64,000 nt of DNA from an uncultured Clostridia bacterium (GTDB lineage: Bacteria > Bacillota > Clostridia > Christensenellales > CAAEEZ01). A model generated the notes under the pieces. It was not told the origin of the DNA and searched no databases. It worked only from the letters and a program-made list of their open reading frames with translations. The stretch spans positions 72,962-136,961 of the forward strand of contig CAKRNA010000006.1 of NCBI GenBank assembly GCA_934365195.1, written 5' to 3'. Position 1 is the stretch's first letter; each line of letters begins with the position of its first letter. Positions 58,876-64,000 of the stretch are shown here, one piece after another. The translations under genes were made by a program, and so were the position numbers.

Positions 58876-59676
58876 ATGATTAGAAAGTGGTGTAATAAAG
58901 TTTATTACAAAATTTGTAGGGGAATAGCAAGAATAATATTCCCCAAAAGGAAAATGGACTACGCAGTTTTGCCCGAAGAAAACGAGGCAAGCGTTTTTGT
59001 GTGTAATCACTCAGGTGCGATAGGTCCTGTGAATATGACGTTGTACTTCGACAGACCTGCACGGCCGTGGATAGTGGAGTACATACTTGACAAGGAAGTG
59101 TCGGCAAACTTTGTTTTTCACGACTTCTTTTTTGCTCGTAGTAAAAAGTGCAAGTGGTTTTGGCGAGGGCTGGCAAGAGTGGTATCGTTTTTCCTTCGCC
59201 CGCTACTAGAAATGCAAAATGCGATACACGTTTTTAAGGCAAGCGCAAAGGCAAGGCAAACGTTTGACGAAAGCGTGGAGGCTTTAAAAAGTGGCAGTAA
59301 CGTAATCATTTTCCCGGAGTGCCCGAACAAGTACTCCAAGTATATTTGCGAACTGTACGACGGCTTTGTAATGATAGGCAAATATCTTTACGAGGAGACG
59401 GGTAAGATACTTAAATTCTACCCTGTGTACGTGCCACCGCAACTTAAAACGATAAACGTTGGCGAGCCGATTAGTTATAATCCGTCGCTTTCGCCTAAGG
59501 AAAACAGGCATATTATTGCTAACTACTTAAAAGAGCAAATAAATATAATTGCCGAAAATTTGCCAAAGCATAAGCCGATACCCTTCTTGACGGAGGACTT
59601 TTACAATTACTACGGCGAATTTATCGACAATATGGACGAATACTGGCAATTTGTAAATCAAAAACACTCTGATTAA
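58876..59676 (+). CDS. Acyltransferase (PlsC-like family)
   Basis: CNHSGAIGP and IIFPECPN motifs. The start is set at the ATG 6 nt after a TATAAT box. Confidence 0.5.
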   Translation: MIRKWCNKVYYKICRGIARIIFPKRKMDYAVLPEENEASVFVCNHSGAIGPVNMTLYFDRPARPWIVEYILDKEVSANFVFHDFFFARSKKCKWFWRGLARVVSFFLRPLLEMQNAIHVFKASAKARQTFDESVEALKSGSNVIIFPECPNKYSKYICELYDGFVMIGKYLYEETGKILKFYPVYVPPQLKTINVGEPISYNPSLSPKENRHIIANYLKEQINIIAENLPKHKPIPFLTEDFYNYYGEFIDNMDEYWQFVNQKHSD

Positions 59677-59693
59677 ACGAAAGGAGGAGAGTC

Positions 59694-60938
59694 TTGGGTA
59701 ATATTCAATCTATTTTAGCGGCTATTTTTACGGGCGTACCCGTGCTGATTTTGGTAATAGCAATAGCACGCTACAATATTTACAACAAGCATAACGTACT
59801 ACTACACGTATTTGGAATATTAACCATTTTGGCAGGCAGCGTTATGACCGGCGAAAAGATATGCCAAATTATTTCTCCCGAGGGCTTTTTGGGGTACTCT
59901 GGCGGAATGCTTTGTTTTGCAAGTTTTATTACCTTGCTGCTTGCTTATGCCATTGCCGTGAACGTATTTATGGAAATACAACTAAAAGACGACAACAGAC
60001 CTGCCATTTTAGGCACCTCGATTCTTGCGTTTGCAGGGTTTGTTTTCTATGCCGTTAACTCTATTCTAAACGTGATAGGCTACGGAATCGTAGTGGAATA
60101 CTGCGTGTACATAGTGGTGATGCTGTGTGCTTTCGGTATCTCTGGCGAAAGGAAAAAGTTGAAGAGGTATTGCAGAAAAAACAGCATTGAGTACGACGTT
60201 TTGACCAGCAGAAAAAAGGACGATATCGACTATAACGTGTACTGGGTAAACGTGGAAAAGGCAATACAAGAAAGAAGAGATTTGGTATTTAGCAAGGCTG
60301 CTTACAATAGATTAAAGGACGACTTGCCGGAGGGCGAAATAAAACTTGACGACCTTGAAGAAAAATTAGAGGACTTGTACAAAGGACTGTCAAAGCGTGA
60401 CCTTAAAAAGATGAGCAAGGACGACAAGAAGGAGCAAAAATTAGAGGAAAAGCAGGAAAAACGCAACAAGAAAGAGGAAAAGAAACATAAAAAAGAGAGC
60501 GCTAAAAATATCGAGGACGGGGTGATTTTGCCGCCTATCCAAAGCGATATAACGGGCGTAAACGAAACAAAGGAGCACGGTAGTGAGCCAACCGAAAGCG
60601 ATACCCCTACTAGCGAAGCAGTAGAAAGTGCTATTGTAAAAGTAGAAAACGCCGAAAGCGAGGCTGCTACTGAAAACGAGGATAGCGTAACTAATAGCGA
60701 AAACAACGAGGCAAGTGGAGAGGATAACGGCGAAAAAACCGCTATGGCTAACGAAGTTAGCGAGCCTACTATAAAAAGCGAAGAAACTGAAAATAAAGAA
60801 GGCGTAAATAAAGAAACGGACAAAAATAGCGCACTTATCGAGGAGGAAAACGACCTGTTTAGAGGCGTTGAGTTTGTGGAAATAGGCGAGGATAATGCTG
60901 CCGATACCGAAAGCGAGGTGAACAATGCAAAAGTGTAA
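59694..60938 (+). CDS. Membrane protein with an acidic/lysine-rich disordered C-terminal half
   Basis: TTG start after AAAGGAGGAG; about 5 TM segments, then low-complexity K/E-rich sequence. Confidence 0.55.
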   Translation: MGNIQSILAAIFTGVPVLILVIAIARYNIYNKHNVLLHVFGILTILAGSVMTGEKICQIISPEGFLGYSGGMLCFASFITLLLAYAIAVNVFMEIQLKDDNRPAILGTSILAFAGFVFYAVNSILNVIGYGIVVEYCVYIVVMLCAFGISGERKKLKRYCRKNSIEYDVLTSRKKDDIDYNVYWVNVEKAIQERRDLVFSKAAYNRLKDDLPEGEIKLDDLEEKLEDLYKGLSKRDLKKMSKDDKKEQKLEEKQEKRNKKEEKKHKKESAKNIEDGVILPPIQSDITGVNETKEHGSEPTESDTPTSEAVESAIVKVENAESEAATENEDSVTNSENNEASGEDNGEKTAMANEVSEPTIKSEETENKEGVNKETDKNSALIEEENDLFRGVEFVEIGEDNAADTESEVNNAKV

Positions 60939-61947
60939 ATATTGTTCAAGAGAATTCGAGGGGAAATTCTGCCCGTACTGTGGCAGGAGCGTAATCGACG
61001 GTAGCACTAATCCGCTTAACGACGTTGAGCCTATCGAAGAAAAGGCAAGCGTAGTAATTCCCGTTGTAAGTAGCGTAATAAATAAGCCCGTGGCTGACGT
61101 AGACATAGATAAAAGCCAAGAACAAGGAAGTCAGCCTAGTGAGGAAACATTAACCTGTAGTACTGAAATAGATGCTAGCAAGGAGAATGCGCTGGCAGGT
61201 GCAGAGGCTAACAAAAGCGATGGAACTATTAGCGAGGAAATTGAGAATAACGAAAACGCAGCCGAAAACGTGGCGGCAGAGGGAAATGCCGAGGACGAAC
61301 CCGTAAAAGAGGAAAACGCAAAGAGGAAGAAAGACAAAAACAAGCCTATAAGCGTGATGAAAAACGGCGCAAAAATCGTGGTTAGGAAAAGTTATAAAAA
61401 GCGAGGAATATTAGTAGGGCTTATGCTTGCCGTGATGGTGGTTGCGATGGTGATAGTAACGGGCGTACTATTTGCTCCTGCTTACTCAACCTACTGGATA
61501 AACACTTTTGACGTATCTACCGAAAGCCTTGCTTCTATGGAGCAACGTTTTGGAAAGAGCGTGGAGCAAGCGGGCAATAGATATATTTGGGTAAAAGGCT
61601 GCAAAACCATGGAGCAAGTTGTTCAGAAGGTGGAAAAAGGCGAAAAACCCGAAACTATTATAGTGTCCGTAAAGGACGGCAAGGTGATGACTTTTAACTA
61701 CTTAAAAAGTTATGACGGGCAAGAGATAAAGAGCATTAAGTTCTCCAAAACTACCGTAAAAAGTCAAAGCGAACTGGACAAAATCACTTACGTTGCCTTC
61801 TTTAATGACGGTAGCGTGGCAAAAGGCTATATCGGTGGCTGCGAGGCTAGGGAAAATCAAATAGATTTTGAAAACTACAAGGGCGAAACGGTGTACGAGT
61901 TTAGCGACGGATTACACGCATATTCCGTTAAACTTACCATTGTGTAA
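60925..61947 (+). CDS. Zinc-ribbon protein with a disordered acidic linker, one TM segment and a C-terminal globular domain
   Basis: CKYCSREFEGKFCPYCG; 14-nt overlap with the upstream gene. Confidence 0.6.
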   Translation: MQKCKYCSREFEGKFCPYCGRSVIDGSTNPLNDVEPIEEKASVVIPVVSSVINKPVADVDIDKSQEQGSQPSEETLTCSTEIDASKENALAGAEANKSDGTISEEIENNENAAENVAAEGNAEDEPVKEENAKRKKDKNKPISVMKNGAKIVVRKSYKKRGILVGLMLAVMVVAMVIVTGVLFAPAYSTYWINTFDVSTESLASMEQRFGKSVEQAGNRYIWVKGCKTMEQVVQKVEKGEKPETIIVSVKDGKVMTFNYLKSYDGQEIKSIKFSKTTVKSQSELDKITYVAFFNDGSVAKGYIGGCEARENQIDFENYKGETVYEFSDGLHAYSVKLTIV

Positions 61948-62034
61948 TTTGGAAAGGTTATTACTACGTAATAGCCTTTTTGTTTGACATTTTTCATAGC
62001 GTTGTGCTACACTTACAAGGCTTATGGAGGCAAT

Positions 62035-62259
62035 ATGACTTTAGATAAATTGCAAGTTGGAAAAAGTGCAAGAATAACAAAAGTTGGCGGAGAGGGTGCG
62101 CTAAGGCTAAGGCTACTTGATATGGGGCTAATTCCTAGGACGATTGTATCCGTTATCAAAAAAGCACCTATGGGTGATCCTATCGAGTTGTCGCTTAGGG
62201 GCTACGAACTGTCGATAAGGCTTGAAAGCGCCAAGGATATAGAGGTGGAAGAGATATGA
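62035..62259 (+). CDS. feoA: Ferrous iron transport protein A
   Basis: The start is set at MTLDKLQVGK after GGAGG. The sequence is a FeoA SH3-like domain. TTGACA at 61984 belongs to the promoter. Confidence 0.85.
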   Translation: MTLDKLQVGKSARITKVGGEGALRLRLLDMGLIPRTIVSVIKKAPMGDPIELSLRGYELSIRLESAKDIEVEEI

Positions 62260-64000
62260 AATACGCATTAGTAGGCAATCAAAACTGTGGCAAAACCACC
62301 TTGTTCAATCAACTGACGGGCTCTAATCAGCACGTGGGGAACTTCCCCGGCGTTACCGTTGACCAAAAGGTAGGCGTGATTAAGGACCTTAAAGATAGCA
62401 CTATCGTGGATTTGCCGGGCATATATTCAATCCGTCCGTATTCTAGCGAGGAGATTGTAACTAGGGATTTTATTATAAAACAAAAGCCCGACGCTATCGT
62501 CAATATCGTAGATGCGACAAATATTGAAAGAAACCTATATCTTACCTTGCAACTACTAGAAATGAGGCTGCCTATGGTGATAGCGCTTAATATGATGGAC
62601 GAGGTAGAAAACAACGGCGGCTCAATAGACGTGCAAAAACTAAGCGACGAATTAGGCGTTGCGGTAGTACCTATTAGTGCGGCAAAAAAGCAAGGCTTAG
62701 ACGACCTTATCAAAACGATGCACGAGGTTGCCACCAAGAAGATTTTGCCCGCAAAACTGGACTTTTGCTCGGGGGCGGTGCACCGTTCAATCCACTCGGT
62801 TTGCCATATTATAGAGGACCACGCAGAGTCCTGTAATTTGTCGCCAAGGTTCGTTGCGTCCAGCGTAATTCAAGGCGACGAGGACATAATTGCCGAACTA
62901 AACCTTGACGAAAACGAAAAAGAACTAATCGAGCACACTATCGTTCAAATGGAAAAGGAAATGGACCTTGACCGTAACGAAGCGCTTGCAGATATGCGCT
63001 ACACCTTTATTGAAAAAGCGGTGCAAGGCGCAGTAAAGAAAAAAACGAAGAAAAATAAAGAGAGAATACGTAGCGAAAAGATAGACAAAGTGCTGACAAA
63101 TAAGTGGCTTGCAATACCGGTGTTCGTGGGCATAATGCTACTGATTTTCTACCTATCGTTTGATTTAATCGGCGGAACGCTATCGAACCTACTTGGAAAG
63201 GGAATAGACGAACTAGGCGAGATTACGGCTAGCGCAATGCAGTCTGCGGGAATTAACCCCGTGGTAACCAGCCTCGTTGTAAACGGCATTTTCTCAGGGG
63301 TAGGCAGCGTGCTAAGTTTCTTGCCGGTAATCGTAATATTATTCTTCTTTTTGTCAATTCTTGAAGATACGGGATATATGGCAAGAATAGCGTTCGTTAT
63401 GGACAAACTGCTTAGGAAAATCGGCTTGTCGGGAAGAAGTATCGTGCCTATGCTTATCGGCTTTGGCTGTTCGGTTCCTGCCGTTATGAGCACGAGGACG
63501 CTATCTAGTAATAGGGATAGAAAAATGACGATTTTTCTTACTCCGTACATGAGTTGCTCGGCGAAAATCCCTATCTATTCGGTGTTTACAATGGCGTTTT
63601 TCCCGTCACATAGGGCGCTTGTTATGATGGGGCTATACCTAATGGGAATAGTGGTGGGAATACTAATTTCCTTAACCTTTAAAAATACTTTTTACAAGGG
63701 CAACCCAACGCCGTTTTTAATGGAATTGCCAAACTACCGTATGCCTAGCGTAAAAAGTGTACTATTACTAATGTGGGAAAAGGCAAAGGACTTTATCAAA
63801 AAAGCCTTCACCGTAATTTTCTTAGCGTCGCTTGTAATTTGGTTCTTGCAGACCTTCGATTACAAGTTCAACGTGGTAAGTAGTATCGACCAAAGTTTCT
63901 TAGGAATTATAGGCAGATGGCTTGCTCCTATCTTCTATCCGCTTGGCATAAACGACTGGAGGGTAAGCACCTCGCTAATTGCAGGTATCTCGGCAAAAGA
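62256..64000 (+). CDS. feoB: Ferrous iron transport protein B (partial; continues past the window end)
   Basis: ATGA overlap with feoA; G-domain MKYALVGNQNCGKTTLFNQLTG; open to nt 64000. Confidence 0.9.
   Translation, partial: MKYALVGNQNCGKTTLFNQLTGSNQHVGNFPGVTVDQKVGVIKDLKDSTIVDLPGIYSIRPYSSEEIVTRDFIIKQKPDAIVNIVDATNIERNLYLTLQLLEMRLPMVIALNMMDEVENNGGSIDVQKLSDELGVAVVPISAAKKQGLDDLIKTMHEVATKKILPAKLDFCSGAVHRSIHSVCHIIEDHAESCNLSPRFVASSVIQGDEDIIAELNLDENEKELIEHTIVQMEKEMDLDRNEALADMRYTFIEKAVQGAVKKKTKKNKERIRSEKIDKVLTNKWLAIPVFVGIMLLIFYLSFDLIGGTLSNLLGKGIDELGEITASAMQSAGINPVVTSLVVNGIFSGVGSVLSFLPVIVILFFFLSILEDTGYMARIAFVMDKLLRKIGLSGRSIVPMLIGFGCSVPAVMSTRTLSSNRDRKMTIFLTPYMSCSAKIPIYSVFTMAFFPSHRALVMMGLYLMGIVVGILISLTFKNTFYKGNPTPFLMELPNYRMPSVKSVLLLMWEKAKDFIKKAFTVIFLASLVIWFLQTFDYKFNVVSSIDQSFLGIIGRWLAPIFYPLGINDWRVSTSLIAGISAK

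Noticed and set aside
60302-61106. Long antisense ORFs (215 and 221 aa) opposite the acidic low-complexity regions of the 59694 and 60925 genes; similar ORFs lie at 26114-26424 opposite the ftsH tail
   Set aside because: These are serine/leucine-rich mirror images of E/K-rich coding repeats. The sense-strand genes have RBSs and recognisable domains.

Overview
This window is an origin-proximal chromosome segment of a low-GC Bacillota (Firmicutes, Clostridia-like) genome. It uses the standard code: TGA is a stop, and ATGA overlaps join rnpA/yidD and feoA/feoB. The left part holds the 3' end of dnaN (+), a lone tRNA-Glu(CUC) (-), an LRR lipoprotein, parB-parA-rsmG (-) and mtnN-luxS (+). Next comes an unusual ~5.7 kb AT-rich stretch (about 7.8-13.5 kb) with no credible ORF. 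It is full of degenerate tandem repeats and carries one perfect parS (TGTTCCACGTGAAACA), two degenerate parS-like sites and three clustered DnaA boxes. After that lies an island I cannot assign to known families (about 12.7-18.2 kb). It contains four tandem paralogs of a ~97-aa acidic protein, a TnpV-like gene, and four tandem paralogs of a ~113-aa protein; the first three of these keep their own near-consensus promoter. The island is bracketed by two colinear purine-rich segments that each end in a consensus promoter, and the right-hand one is the rpmH promoter. Then follow rpmH-rnpA-yidD-yidC-jag-mnmE-mnmG (+) and ordinary housekeeping and metabolic genes: ftsH, yyaC, T-box-cysS, LysR/citrate synthase, an NCS2 permease, serS, leuS, GH27 and GH2 glycosidases, ridA, an LMW-PTP, adhE with Rex boxes, two DNA glycosylases, hlyIII, mgsA and feoAB. 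I saw no CRISPR array, rRNA, integrase/transposase or recognisable defence enzyme. The best candidates for something new are the ori-adjacent small-gene arrays and the large repeat-rich non-coding zone, which may hold the real oriC/centromere. All family calls rest on motif recognition by eye; no database search was possible.
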